From assembly GCA_963924565.1 (NCBI GenBank), contig OZ004608.1, forward strand, positions 31,000,001 through 31,064,000: a DNA stretch of 64,000 nt, given 5' to 3'. This stretch comes from Ascidiella aspersa. Taxonomy: Eukaryota. The translations under genes were made by a program, and so were the position numbers. Position 1 is the first letter of the stretch, and every line of letters starts with the position of its first letter. This document shows positions 37,307-50,700 of this stretch, piece after piece. The notes under the pieces are model-generated. The model worked only from the letters and a program-made list of their open reading frames with translations, had not been told where the DNA came from and ran no database searches.

Positions 37307-38816
37307 GTAAAATGAATGGTTGCTGGCTCCGTTTGGTTGCCTCGGATATAAGCTTAGCGCTTTTGTTTTAGTTAACAGGGTTTAAAATGTGGAAAAATGG
37401 ATTAATCTATATAATAAATCCAAGTACTGAACTCCCAAAATACGATTTTATTGAACCGACTTAACTGTAAATTATGAGGCTTTCTTAGATTCAACATGTA
37501 AAAACCCTAAAGCCTCATAAAACACGTTAAAAATTATACCCGCTACCTATTTAAATCTTGAGTTATAATATGATCCATTTGCAACACTATTATGTACACT
37601 GTACTACAGTGTACAGGTATTCCAAATTGTGTGTTGCAACTAAAACATTTCTAGAACCAATGACCATTTTGATTTTCAAAATTGAACCAATGACCATTTT
37701 TGATTTCAAAAAAATGGCATGATTTGGAAGATATACATGTTTATTAAACCATGTTTATATATTTGAGATTTAAAAAGCACTAATGCTACATCCTCGTTGG
37801 AAAAATGGAATACTGGTATTTTGTAGTCTTTGTGCATTTTGTAACAGCTTGGAGGTGCAACAAACACGAAGTTACAGTTTGGCTCAATTTTTTGTTAAAA
37901 CTCGTTCGTTCGATTATGTTAAAAAGTGTCGTGTTTTGATATCAGGCTCGTGTATAGATATCTAGTGATGAAGTTTCATGAACTGTGTGTAAATCAAAAA
38001 CTGATCCTCTGGTAAACGTTGGTAAAGAATTACGATTACCAGAGGAGCTGTTTTTATATTTATATTACTATGCCTGGTAGCAACAGTGTATATAAAAACC
38101 GTGTGTGTATGCGACAGTTCTGTATAGGTAAATGGTATACGTTTTTTTATAGGGGCTTAAGTTTGCAAGTGGCAACAGGAGCAGCGTCCGCTCAATTGAA
38201 TTAAACGTTATCTTTCGCGGCCAGCACAATGTTAAATCAGGGTCACGGATCCGACAATCAGTCGTTCAACTATTTGCAATACGTGATGCCGTGTATGTAT
38301 TCTATCTGGCAACGTGAGCGATTACTTCTGCGCTGAACTGACCAGAAAACAATTGATGAGTATATTTTGCAATCTAGAATTGGCTCGCTTGCATTTTGTA
38401 CTTTCGGTTCGCTAAGATATTAAAGGATTTTGTAAAAGGGGTATGTGTTTACTGGTGGCTAGGAACCAATTTTATAAAGTTTTCACGTCTTGCGGGCTTA
38501 GGTTGCTTTGGCGTATAAAATTGTATAAAACGAAAAGTCTTATTGTTTTCATCAAAAGTTGTGAGGTTTCTTTTTGCAAAAAATGTAACAGGGTAACACG
38601 AATAAAGTGCAATCGGCTATTCTCTTTTTTATAAAAGATTTGTTAGCAAAAACTGAATTATTTACGAAAGGTTAAAATGGAATAAGAAAGTGGAACGACT
38701 TGATTATAGTATAGTTTGTATAGTTAGCCTGCATTTGTTGGAACGTTACGAAGTTAATGTAAAAAGAAATATATTTGAGGGAACAAATCTGTTTTTTGAG
38801 GTTCTGAACAGTCGTG

Positions 38817-39158
38817 CAGTGTTGTAAAGTCTTTTTGAAATGACTTAAGTCCCAGTTGAGTGATTCGTAAAATATAACTTGAGTCCAAGTCAAGTTCGAT
38901 TATGAGCAATACCCCAAGTAAAAGATCATAAACGGACATATAGCAATCGAATTGTTTTATGTGCAAAAATAAGGATAAATAACCCTTTTTATAAACAAAA
39001 ATCCGTAAGAAAAACTCCACTTCAACCCAGGTCATATATCCAAAAACTTAAGTCAAGTCAAGTCGTTTTACCCAAAAGACTTAATTCAAGTTATGTAATT
39101 TTTAAAACACGGACTTAAGTGCATTTAAGTCAAGTCACCGACTTGAGTTACTGCAGTG
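38817..39158. mobile_element. hAT-like MITE with AAGTC repeats
   Basis: End cagtgttgtaa with multiple gacttaagtc/aagtcaagtc motifs; same family as ~57585-57930. Confidence 0.6.
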
Positions 39159-39279
39159 GTGATAATAAAATAAAAAAATGTAATGATCTAACAACCTCCG
39201 AACTGTATATTTTGCACAGTGAGCATATGCATCTCCTACTTAGCTGCTGTGCTTCCGTTTTTTAAGCCTATTAGCATTT

Positions 39280-39660
39280 TTCTGCGCGGGTCTGCGTTAA
39301 TCACACAGTTCGCACAGCTCCTAATTGATCAGCGGACCTGCGCATGATCATCGCGTGAATTGCTCGACTAGCTCCTCGAGGTTTTGGGCAAAACTCATCG
39401 CGTGACGCACGTGCCACGTCACGTGACTTGAGAGGGCCCCTCTGAGTGGCTGCGGCCACGACGCCAAGTCATCTGGGTTCGAACGCGGTGGGGCCTTTGT
39501 TGTGGAAGCCGATCAATCGGAGCCGAACGCTAAACTGATTTGCAAACGCCGGCCGAAATCTCACTTGAGGCAAACATATCCAGGTGACTCACTGGCTGTT
39601 GTCGATTTGCCGATTGCCATTCATTTTATGACGCCACTGCGCGACTATATAAAGCTGCGT
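39280..39660. promoter_or_regulatory. CpG island with E-box/CLEAR cluster
   Basis: Perfect GTCACGTGAC at 39418-39427, CACGTG at 39408, TCGCGTGA twice; candidate donor CCAG|gtgact near 39582. Confidence 0.55.
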
Positions 39661-40829
39661 TATTAAGAGGGCAATATTAAAAATTAAGAAATTTTAGTTT
39701 TAACACTATCTTTTTAAAACTATGTAACATTTGTTGTTTGGGAACTGTTACCTTGATAAGCGATATTTCCGTGCTGTTATGAAACCATTCTGCTGAAAAA
39801 ACAATAGATTAGGTTTTTTTGAAATCGATCCTAAACATAGAAAATGAATTGAAAATTGAATTTCATAACAGCCTTTAAGCTCTAATCTGTTTTCATTTCG
39901 GTATTTTTGACTTAGCTAAGTGTTACCCGCCACACGTGACAGACTTGCAACCCGGAATAAGTTATTGACATATCGGGGACAATATGAATGAACACAGCCC
40001 ATTTTAGCTGACAAACCCTTAGTTGATTTTCATCCCACTTCAAGTTATATGGTTCGACCTTCGTTTGCCAGTCATGGCAACATTTCTTTGAAAAGCTTTT
40101 TTAATGATCTTACCATTCTAAAACAGAATTGGTCTCCATTCATTGGCATAGTACAGACTTTAGAAAACTGAAGCTTGCAAGCAGCTTGCAGCTTTTTGAC
40201 ATGTATTTGTGATTCTTACGTTCGACGAATATCAAAAAAATTGACAAAGAGGTGTGCCCCATATTAAAGCTATGTTTGTTAATTAAAGTGTTTCATTTTG
40301 ATAAAACAGTTTTTTTCATAAAACCCCGCATTCAAGTAATTTAAGCTGTGATGTAACAATGCAGTGTAGCTGCTTCACAGAAAAAAAAAACAAGGCATAG
40401 GTTAAATCTATAGAGTAAGGTTGTGAGTTGTTAGAATCGAGCTAAAACGGAGTTGATATCCTCATTAAACCGTATTCCAGGCCAAACATTAGATTGGGTT
40501 CTTGATTTCGCGTTGTACGTCTCAGACCCACAAATGAAAAATTTTATAGCGAGAGAAAACCGCGGCGCCACTATTTGACGTTACTCTGGTTTCTCTTCAT
40601 AACTCGGATAAATCTTTCGCCTTTTACTAAAGATTTCCGTGGAGAGGAGCATTACAATGAGTCTTTTATAATTTTTCTCCCCCACCATTGGTGGGGTTAC
40701 TTTACTTATAATCGCTAAAACACAAGTTCGCCATAACTTTAACGGAACATTGCAACCACACCACTTTTATAAATAAAGCCTTAGCCCTGCACAAAATTCT
40801 GCATCCTGAGACCTTGTAATGTGCACCAC

Positions 40830-41450
40830 CTTTACGTCAGCAGTCACGCATAAGTGAAACCGGTTACGTAAACAGCAACGTCATGTTACACTGGTGTGTA
40901 GAATTACTGCCGGTGCCGGTTTTAGTTACCAGGTCCGCTTTGGTAAGTAAAAACATGACACCTGGTTCCGAACAAACAGTGTCGTTGATTAGCAGGATGT
41001 CACGTAGGCTTGACATCCGCGAAAACCGAAAAAAACAACGCTAAACGTCAACAACAGAACTTGGCTTCGGTCCCCGGCTTGCGCGAGGTGAAAAACGCAA
41101 TTTGCAAATCAAGGCGGTCCAGGAAAAAAGCATAAACAGGCCGCTTCCTGCCCACGGCGTCACGCTCCAGCGCGCACCAATGGAAACCGTCACGTGGCTC
41201 CGCCTCCGCGAATGACGTCGAATGCCGCGTGCTGGGAAACTTGGTAAACAAACGTAACAGTTTGCAAGGGTCTCTCGTGTTTGTGTTTGGGCGCAACGTG
41301 AGCGAATGGCGAGTGTGTCCAACGGCTCTGCTAACATCGCGTCGTTGGGCATGTGAGGGTAGGCGACAACCTAGCGCTGGGCGATATTATTTCGTGTGGA
41401 ACGCTTGTGGTTTTTTAAGTCGCGGCCTTCGACGCTTGAAGTCGCGTTTT
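40830..41450 (+). promoter_or_regulatory. CpG-rich promoter-like island with candidate first exon
   Basis: GTCACGTAG, GTCACGTGG, TGACGTC, CCAAT and a GC box; candidate donors near 40942 and 41358. Confidence 0.55.
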
Positions 41451-42512
41451 GCTGTTTGGCCATGTGGCAAACTTTGTTGGCGGACAACTTACGGCAGACA
41501 GCGGCAACGTGTTAGTCTTACTAGTGAACTTCGCGTTGTCAGGGCGTTATTTGTGCATCTATGCTGTTCAACTGATCGACGTGGCAGACTTGGAGAGTTT
41601 AAATATACTTAATTTTACGAATGCATTTTAACAATGCTGGATATATTGTCCATCCGTATATTGAAGGAATACGTGTGCCATAACGCAACGTATTTTTGGT
41701 ACAGGTTAGTGGCCAACGAATATTCCAATATATCTATGTGGAAGTATTTCAAAAGTTAATTATTGAATTGTTTATTCTTAACTGGTATCCTTTTATAGCT
41801 TAGACGCAAACGCAATAACTTTGTTAAGTTACTTTTACTTGTGGAACAACCCCCCTGATTATCCTGATACTAATTGAACACTTAAATTTGCAACGATTTC
41901 CATATCTTAACACAGTTTCCTACTTATATACTTCTATATGGACTGCTTGGATTTTTTTCTATTTTGTATATTTTTAACATCCTGCCATTCATCATATTTG
42001 ACAACGTTTAATGTTTAAAAGTGTTTTTAAATATTCTCAAGCGTCAATGATATGATGGCTGACAGCATACTAAATACTAGGCACATATTATATATATTAC
42101 CATATTATAAATTTAGTTAACAATTTTATCTGTTTGGTGCATGATGGCTATTAACATAATTATTATTCTTTTCAAATTTTTGTTCTTTCTCGTTTAAAAA
42201 TATGCATTTATATTACGTTGTGATATGGTTTGACACATGACACAGATTTGTTGACAGCAACCAGGCGGTGTTTTTGACGTAATTGATATAAAGTACTTTT
42301 TTATTGATGACATACACTGTTGCACCTTAGTCACTCAATGATTTGTCATAGCTTTTTAACCATTTATATAATATTGTAACCGAAGTTTGTTTCTATGGAA
42401 TTTGTTAATACTTTTGCAAGTAATTAACGCCCAAAGACCACAAGACTCAGTGTTAATTTTTTAAATCAGTTCCAATGCCTCTTGATTGTTTCATTACTTG
42501 TTTTGTTGTAGG

Positions 42513-42759
42513 CCTGTCTGGATTTCATAACACTTCACACCGAGATCTTGGGTGTCCATCCCAAAATTTGGGTGTGCGGTTAAGGTTTTATACCCCTGAA
42601 GTTTGACAATCTAGCACAACTAATTTTTTTTTCTGGAATTTAGGTGTGCAAGTTACTAATTCTAGTGCGCACACATTGTTTTCCAAAATATCTCGGGTGT
42701 GCACAGAAATTGTTTTCCAAAAAATATTGGGTGTGTACCTGCCACAGAATGCAGACTGG
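42513..42759. mobile_element. Probable hAT MITE
   Basis: Imperfect TIR cctgtctgga / tgcagactgg; gggtgtg repeats; TSD gttgtagg/gttgaagg (7 of 8). Confidence 0.5.
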
Positions 42760-44035
42760 GTTGAAGGGATACCACACTACTTGTTTGCATCCTCTTTCTG
42801 CCAACTATGATCAATTAGCCCATAGATTTTCCTGTTTCCCAAAACTCTTCCAGTTGAGTATTTCTCTCCCGAAAATAAATCAAAGCACTAATTTCAAGCA
42901 CGACTCTGTGTCTTATTTTGGCCACAAATCAGAGCTTGTTTTTTGACGTTGGCACTTGGCACTTGGCATCCCTATTTCCTACCATGATTTAGCTACTTAT
43001 AGTGACATATCATGATGATGTGTTTCACGTTTCCAGTGTTTTTCTTAAAGTAGCTTCACTGCAACCATCTGAAAATTGTTTTATCATGAACTTTTTAATG
43101 TCATGTTTAAAAATTTCCAGTTTTACTTTTATAATTTCTCAAACAAAGTTTTTGATTTGACAATTATTTCTTGATTAACAAAAAAAAAAATGTGATTTTA
43201 AAGGGAATGTTTTCATTTGAAATCATTTAAAAAGTGAAGTGTGATAGCAGATGTGAAAAAAACACACTCTTTATTGGCAATTACTTAGATCGCAGTGGCA
43301 GAAAGTGCTGACTGTCGTGTTTCTCCAGGTTTGTTTTGATTTAATGGCTGTAAATAATTCAAAACACTTTTCACTACCATCCATCTTTGTACCCTAATTC
43401 CGACCAAACTTGTTGTAACTGCAGGATGCCTTCGTGCTTGCCTTCTCTCTGTTTCGATTAGGATTTATCCTGACAAATAGCTTTAGGCTTTCCCAATTTT
43501 GTTTGGCTTGTTTAAAGAAGGCCAAGTTCTGGTGAATATATTAAAATAAATCGCAGAAGTTTCATGTAATGTTAATTTTAAAACTAAAATCTTCCATTTG
43601 TCTTCATTTTTCAAATATTGTGGTTATACTAGTTTCAAATAGCGTGTCTATGTATCTATTATATACATATATATATTTTTGCTTTTTCATGCTAAATTAT
43701 ACTATTTTTCAAATTCCTTTTGATGCTTAATTTCATTGCACCCCAAGCAAACATCTACCTATATAAGATTAAGATAGGTTTTGAGAAATACATCTGGCCC
43801 TTCAAAAAAGTGTTTGCTTACACTTGTCAGTCTGATAAACAAGGTGAATGCCATGTTGGTGGATGATTAATGTTTCATAAAGATGTTGTTTAGAGTTGAG
43901 TTCTCAATCAATTTTAAAGCGTAATTAATTTCCGAAAAATTGCTGGATGAGCTTGACATATAAATAACAACAGACATTATTTTTAGTTTAAATTATTGCA
44001 TTTGAAAGTGTTCTAGTAAACTGATTTATTTTTAG

Positions 44036-44124
44036 GTTAATATAAAATTTGTGATAACGAGCATGAAGCAGTAAATCCTGAAGATTTTTCCTGCATCGGA
44101 ATTTTGATTTGATTTACACCAACG
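44036..44124 (+). other. Candidate non-coding 5' UTR exon of the PRKAG-like gene
   Basis: Acceptor ctgatttatttttag and donor AACG|gtaaga; contains a short uORF ATG AAG CAG TAA. Confidence 0.45.
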
Positions 44125-44770
44125 GTAAGAGTTTTGACTGTTTTAAACTTCCTGTCAACTGGTTCAATGTACTAGCTTAACAAACAACTTAATGTAAATT
44201 AAAAAAAAATAATAATTTACAGAATTTAAAACAATTTTAGTAAAGATTAGTGTTCCATGCATTTCATGTAATGCATAGATATATTTAAGATAAGGGGTTA
44301 AATACCTTTTGCAATTTAATTCAAAGGAGTTCTATTGCTATAGGTTAAGGCAAACTATTTTTTTTTGGCACCGCTGCAAAATTGTGGGTCTGATTCATTG
44401 TTTTAATGATTCATTTTCTCTGGCCGAGCTGTCTTTTAATAGCAAGTGGAAGTATGTCGCTGTCATTCAGTCATGACACCTAATAGTTTGTTCAACATAT
44501 CAAAAAATAAATAAATAACCTATTTGCATTTTATTGTTTTTGAATAGTTAGTATAAAAAGCGCATTAATAAATTCAACTATTATGGGGGATTTGCAAAAA
44601 TATATACTGCTTTATTTTAATCTGGCCCAATTGTGACAAAATTTTGTGTTATGTAACAAAACACCCGGTTCGCTTTGTTGTTGTTGCAATCATCATTGTG
44701 TTGGCTTTTCCTTTCAAGGGTGATGATTAGAGATTGAAGAACTGCCGGGCAACAATAAAAGAAAAAAGAA

Positions 44771-47700
44771 ATGTTGCATCACGGCCCAGCAATGACTGGC
44801 TTCCACAGGCAGACCAACAACAATGAAAGCCCCAACAAAAGAAAGCCGCCAATAAGTAGCAGTAGCAATACTCCCGTGGTCTCAATACCCATCCCAAACC
44901 AGGTATTGCAGTGTTTTGAGTTTAAATTGGTTTGAATATTATATAGCACTGCATTTTATGAATGACATTATCTCAGATTTGCTGATATGTGTATAGCTGG
45001 TAGGTAGTTAGCAGTTCCAGCAACATTATAAACAGATTAGATACATATAAGCTCATATATTTATCCTAAGTTGACAATTTAATGTGTTTTTCAGCTTCTC
45101 AATAGAATAAGTAGTGTAGCAAGTATGTTACTGTGGGTAGTATCTCTGTGTTGAATTGTTATTTTTGTTGAAAGGCTTCAAAGCACCGACATCAGTCGAC
45201 TAATGATTCCAGTAGCTCTGGCGACTCTATTTCAATGCCAGACGGAAAAGCTGTGGAGGCTGAGCATTCCCCCATAACTGGTGGGTTATTTAAATTCCAA
45301 CTTTTATCTGACACAAGTACTAATAAAACTAATGATCATTGATTGCAAAATAGGTATTTTGTAAATTAAATTAATATTAATTTTTGTAAAATTTAGATAT
45401 ATATATACCTTTTGTAGTCATTTTACCCGTGTTTTTAGCACACTGCAAAGTCTCTAGGTTTTTTTTTTGCTTTTTGCAAATGTTTTCCTGGGTGCAGCTG
45501 TTCGTGTTTTTAACTTTCAAATAGTGCACTTTTATCCTTGATTGACACATGCCCCCACAGCTAACAAAACAACAAAAGCTCAATGGAAAATTTTTAATAC
45601 TGGAGTCAACCTGCATTGACGTCAGTGCCACTATGTGTGCTGGCTACATAGGTCCCTGTGTGTGTTTGTAAATGTGTGAGTCAAGTGGTCCCCATTGATT
45701 TTCCAGTCCATATTGAAGCACTTTTCTGTGGCGACAAGCTTCATTGATGTTGCCAGTTTGATTTTGTGCCAAGTCCTCTTTTGTGCTGGTATTTGACAGA
45801 AGAGTGGCATCAATGGGTCTGGGCTTTATAGTGATGATGAAAGTGACCATCACTATCTTAATGTAGTAACTAGTGGTTGTGACAGTTTTTATAATTCTTG
45901 TTAATATTCCACTTGTTTAGGGTTTAAATAGTTGTTAACATTACAAAACAACACATTTTGTTTTTCAACATTTTAATGTTTTGTATTTTACAAACTCTGT
46001 ATTTTGTTTTTCTTCAATTAGAAAAGAAATACCAATCAAGCTATAACTGGATATTTCCATACATAAACTTACCATTTTGCAATTACACAATTTGCTTTTA
46101 GAAATGTTTCTTTGCATGCCGTGTTTTGCAATCCACTATAATCTGTTCAAGTGTTTAACTTGGATTTACATGCAAACAGACTTGTATCGAGCAAATCAAT
46201 ATAAGTAATGTGTTTTTGCTTTCCTTTTAGCATTTTCACGTTCGGCCAGCAATCAGAACAGTGGCACACCACTGAATGTGTACAGCATGTCGCCGCGAAG
46301 CACATCGGTTATGTTCCAATACTACAGTACACCACGGGGCTACTATCAACACAAGCCCATTTCCAGGTTAGGCAGCAATCATTGTGGTTGTGCAAGGTAT
46401 TTGTTGTCGTGCAATCTGGCCTGGTTTGCACTTGACTGGAATTACGCATGGGGAAACCCAGTACACATTGTTTTACATTGCAAATGCTTTTAGGGATATT
46501 TGACATTGATTTATTTTATTGTACAAATATGGTGCTTGAGATTTAAGGTTTTGCTGTTTGCCAAAGAAAAAAACAGTATTTTTTAATGTTTAACTAAATA
46601 TACGGTATTGTAAATCAGTTAACCTGCACTGAATTCACAAAACTCGTCATTTGAAATGAGATATGCTACCTTTGCCGACAAATATATATAAATCTTTTAA
46701 CATCTATCAATAGTGTTTGACCTGAATTGCTGAATTTCCTAGACTATACTATTCTCCAACATTTTAATTAACTTATTTTTACTTTATTTTTTATTTTATG
46801 ATTTTTTTAGGGCGTGTGAATAAAAGGCTGGTAAAAACTTGGGCCCAAGCTGCATTTGTCTTTTGCTTAACAAAAAATTCTTGTCAGGACCAAAAGCTCT
46901 GAACATGCCAACGCTCAAGCAAGACGTAAGCTGGTCACACGGACCATAAGTGAATGTGGACAAGTACCAATCACTAATGGATCAGATGTAGCTCTCTCCC
47001 CACCCCCTCCAAGACAAAGTGTTTTGCCAGGTATATATATATAATACTTTATCGACAAAACTAGAAGGATGCTTTTAATTTCCAATGAAAAATACTAATT
47101 TGTCCTTAATATATGGATACTTTATCTGAGTCCTAATTAAGTGTCGGTGAATCAATTTGTTTTTAAATTATGTTTACATTTTTAAAAACTGAAATTTGCT
47201 TGCTTTAGTATAATTATCAAGATAAATCTGAGTAAATGACCTGAAATAGTTTTCCACATAAGTGACAAATTTAAACATTATAATTTATCAAAGTTATAAC
47301 TGCCTATGTAAACGTAATAAATGTCAGGGCTGCTACAAAGTCTTAGAATCTTGAAATGTTTTTCTTAAATGTTTGTTGTGAATTGAGAATATGGATGAAA
47401 CCCTGTTTTTTAAAAATTTTACCTTTAGTTATGTGTTTAGAAATTGTCATACTCAAACTAAACTATTTGTTATTGCCATGGAATTTATGCTGTTTTGTTT
47501 TTCAATCATATTTAAAGCATATCTTATGATGTAATTTAAGGTATTTAGAAACCTATTATTTTTCTTTAAAACGTATTTAACTGTTTGGGAATTGTTTTAT
47601 AATGATGTGTGGCAACCCTGCATATGTCAAAGGTAAAACTTAATATTTGTAAAATACTCTCTTCAGGTGCATTATTTCGCAATTCGTATAGTTGTCAGTT

Positions 47701-50700
47701 TATATGTATCAAAGTTACTTTAAAAAAAAGATTCATTCATACTGTGATTGTAAGAAACTCTTTCATAGTGTAAAACTACCAGGGTTTCTCAATTGAATAA
47801 CCGTACTACCGTAGGCGGCTTTTATTTCATTGTGCTTTTCGGACAATGGAAGACTTCTTGTGCCTCACCTGTTATGAAGAGTTGGCAGGAGGCAGAAATC
47901 TATTATGTCCCTTCAATAAATTTTTGCTCCAAATAACAGTCGGGGGTCTATTATTGACCGAATTTGGGTCTCTTTGTGATTACTTTGCAGAAAGGCTATT
48001 TTTAGGAAACATGCTTTGAATCAAACATGATTTGGAGTTTTCTTGTAATGTTGTTTGAATATGTTTAAAGTACATGGATTGGAGCCTGTTATCACGCATG
48101 GGAAGTTTTGGCATTATTTATATAGTATTGAAGACATTTTGTACAACAGAATAAATTTGTAACAAATGTGTAATGGTAAATTGTGGGATTTCAGTACTGA
48201 TAGGTTGAAATCAACCACTTTGAAAATGCAATAAGATTGCACACATTTGAATGATTTGGTGCCCTAAATTGTTTTTCATTTCATTAAAAACTGCGCAAAC
48301 ATTGGTGGTCCCCTGGGCAAACATACAGAAGCAAACTGATGGAACAAACGTATGAAAGTTAATGATTCACTTTTTATCACACCATGAGCATTCGCTAAAA
48401 TACACTGTCAAAAATGTAGGTCCATTTTCATTCCACTATAAAACATATTATTGTCAAACGCCTATGACTGTACCATAGTTTTGAATTCAAGCATGTGCTG
48501 TTTTTCAGCTATTCTAACCTTGCATGACAGTGAACAATAGATGTAAGTTGTTGAAAACCGCCAGTTGAACAAGTTGTATACTTGTTTTTTCGGATAAATG
48601 TTAAAATGACAAATCACATATTGTCTTTGACTATGTTTTTTATTTTGCACTATTATTTTTGTATTATAATTTATGCCTATGTTTGGAAAGTAAGCTTGCT
48701 ACATAGCGGTATCTTAATTACCCTACAAGTTAATATGTTTGTTTCTGCTACATTTTTGTGGTTTGGCCAACAGGTGTAGCCTGTTATGTGTGTATGAGAA
48801 TGAGTTTTAGGTATACAACAAACAAATAAAATTGGATACTAGTGTTGGCAAACTAAGTTAAGCAATCTCGGGTTATTGAATATTGTTGTTTGAAACATGT
48901 GTTAATCCATGTGCAAATGTTTCAAAACATGGTAATAAGTCAATGTGCAAATAGTTAAACCTGAAGCTAACCCCATGGCTTGTTGCTAGGTTATATTTTG
49001 TTTTGGGAATTTTAAAGTTACACCAAAACACCTAAATAATTATTTTCATGCCACAACGACCCAATGATTTTCTTAAATGACACATTAAACCGAACATAAA
49101 ATAATATACATTAGAACCAGAGAAGGGTTGTCTAAACTTTTGAATTTTTTTTATATGCCAAACCTGTTGCAATTTGTGAAATAATTTAAATGACCTTGAA
49201 ATAAAGATAAAAATTTCCTTAGGAAGCAATGTAAAAAGAAAAAAAACACATAATTAAAGTAACTAAAATATGACAAATTTATTGAGTTGATTCCGCTACT
49301 AACGCTACTTGATGATCTGGTCATCTTTGTTGCATACCTGTTATTGTAAGCCAGTTAGACTTGGCTGATTCTAATACAGTAGTTTCAAGTCCATTGTAAG
49401 TAATGGGTTCACTTATTTTGCTTCCTTATATTTACCTTGTTTGTTGTGGTCAGAATTCAAAGTTTACATTCGCTGACCTTTTAAAAACTGCATAACCGAT
49501 CCCTAATTGATCCGTTTGTACCAGTAAGCCTTACTATGAATACTTAACCAGTGATCGGCAAATGAATCAACAAAAATTTTTTGTCGCAGGCCAAGTTACT
49601 CTTTTCAGCGATAGTAACGGCCCACTTTGTAAAACCACTACGAAACAGGGAGGATTTAAGATATTTGGTTTTGTTTGGGTCATGCAAACTTTTCCAATTA
49701 ATCTTAAAAACCTGTGTTGTTGTCAAGCAAACTTATGTACAAATATGCAGCTAAAAGCCAGTCTAATTGCAAAAAAAATATGTTACTTTGTTTTACATTG
49801 GCAAAACGGCCTGGAGGCCCTGTGATGCACTAATGAGCCAAAAAAAAAACTCTTATCCATAATAACTCTTATCCATAAATTAAAATTAAGTACATTGAAT
49901 GTACGACCATCATGCGGCCCACAATTACATGATAAAACGAAACAATTAAAAATTATCTCGCGGACCACTAAAAATGGCTAAAAGGCCCACATATTGGCCA
50001 CGGCCCACAGTTTGCCGACCACATGACCGGTCTAAACTGTTTAAGTTAATGGTAATGAATTTTTTAAGGCCTTCCGCACCTGACCCACAACGATGTCTTG
50101 GAAGACCCCCGGCGTCGTGCCTGGTCCGAATCGGACTCTCAGCGAAAGAACGGCAGCATGCACAACAGCCGCATGTCGGCCCTTCGTAAGCTCAAGCAAC
50201 GCCTGAAGCGAACCGGGAGCCTTAAGAAGAAAAAGGACGAGCACTCGAGCACAGGTAACGTTAGAAACTGGTTATAACGACTGTTTGGATGTGGCAAGCC
50301 ACTGTACAGGGTCATAGCATTGAGTCAGGTCCAGTATTTAAAAGTTGAGCCAAATATGTTAAAATTTTAGGTAGCTTTTATTTTGAGTGCGAAACAAAAT
50401 GTTTTAAGGTATTAGAAATATTCAAGATTATGCTAAATTTAATAAACACTTTTAGATAACTATTGTATTTAAAATGTATGGGTTGAGAGATGTACATTTA
50501 TGTAGCCTGAACACCAAGCATACTAGAAATATAAATTGCTACAATTTGCCGGACGTTTTTGTTTATTTTTTGGAGAAACGTTTAGTGTTCTATAACCTTT
50601 AAAGCAATTGGTTTGTACAGTAATATTGTCAGTTGACACAATCACAAATATTGTTTCATTTTGGCTACCTCACGCTAAAAATTGTTTGTTTTTTAGATAC

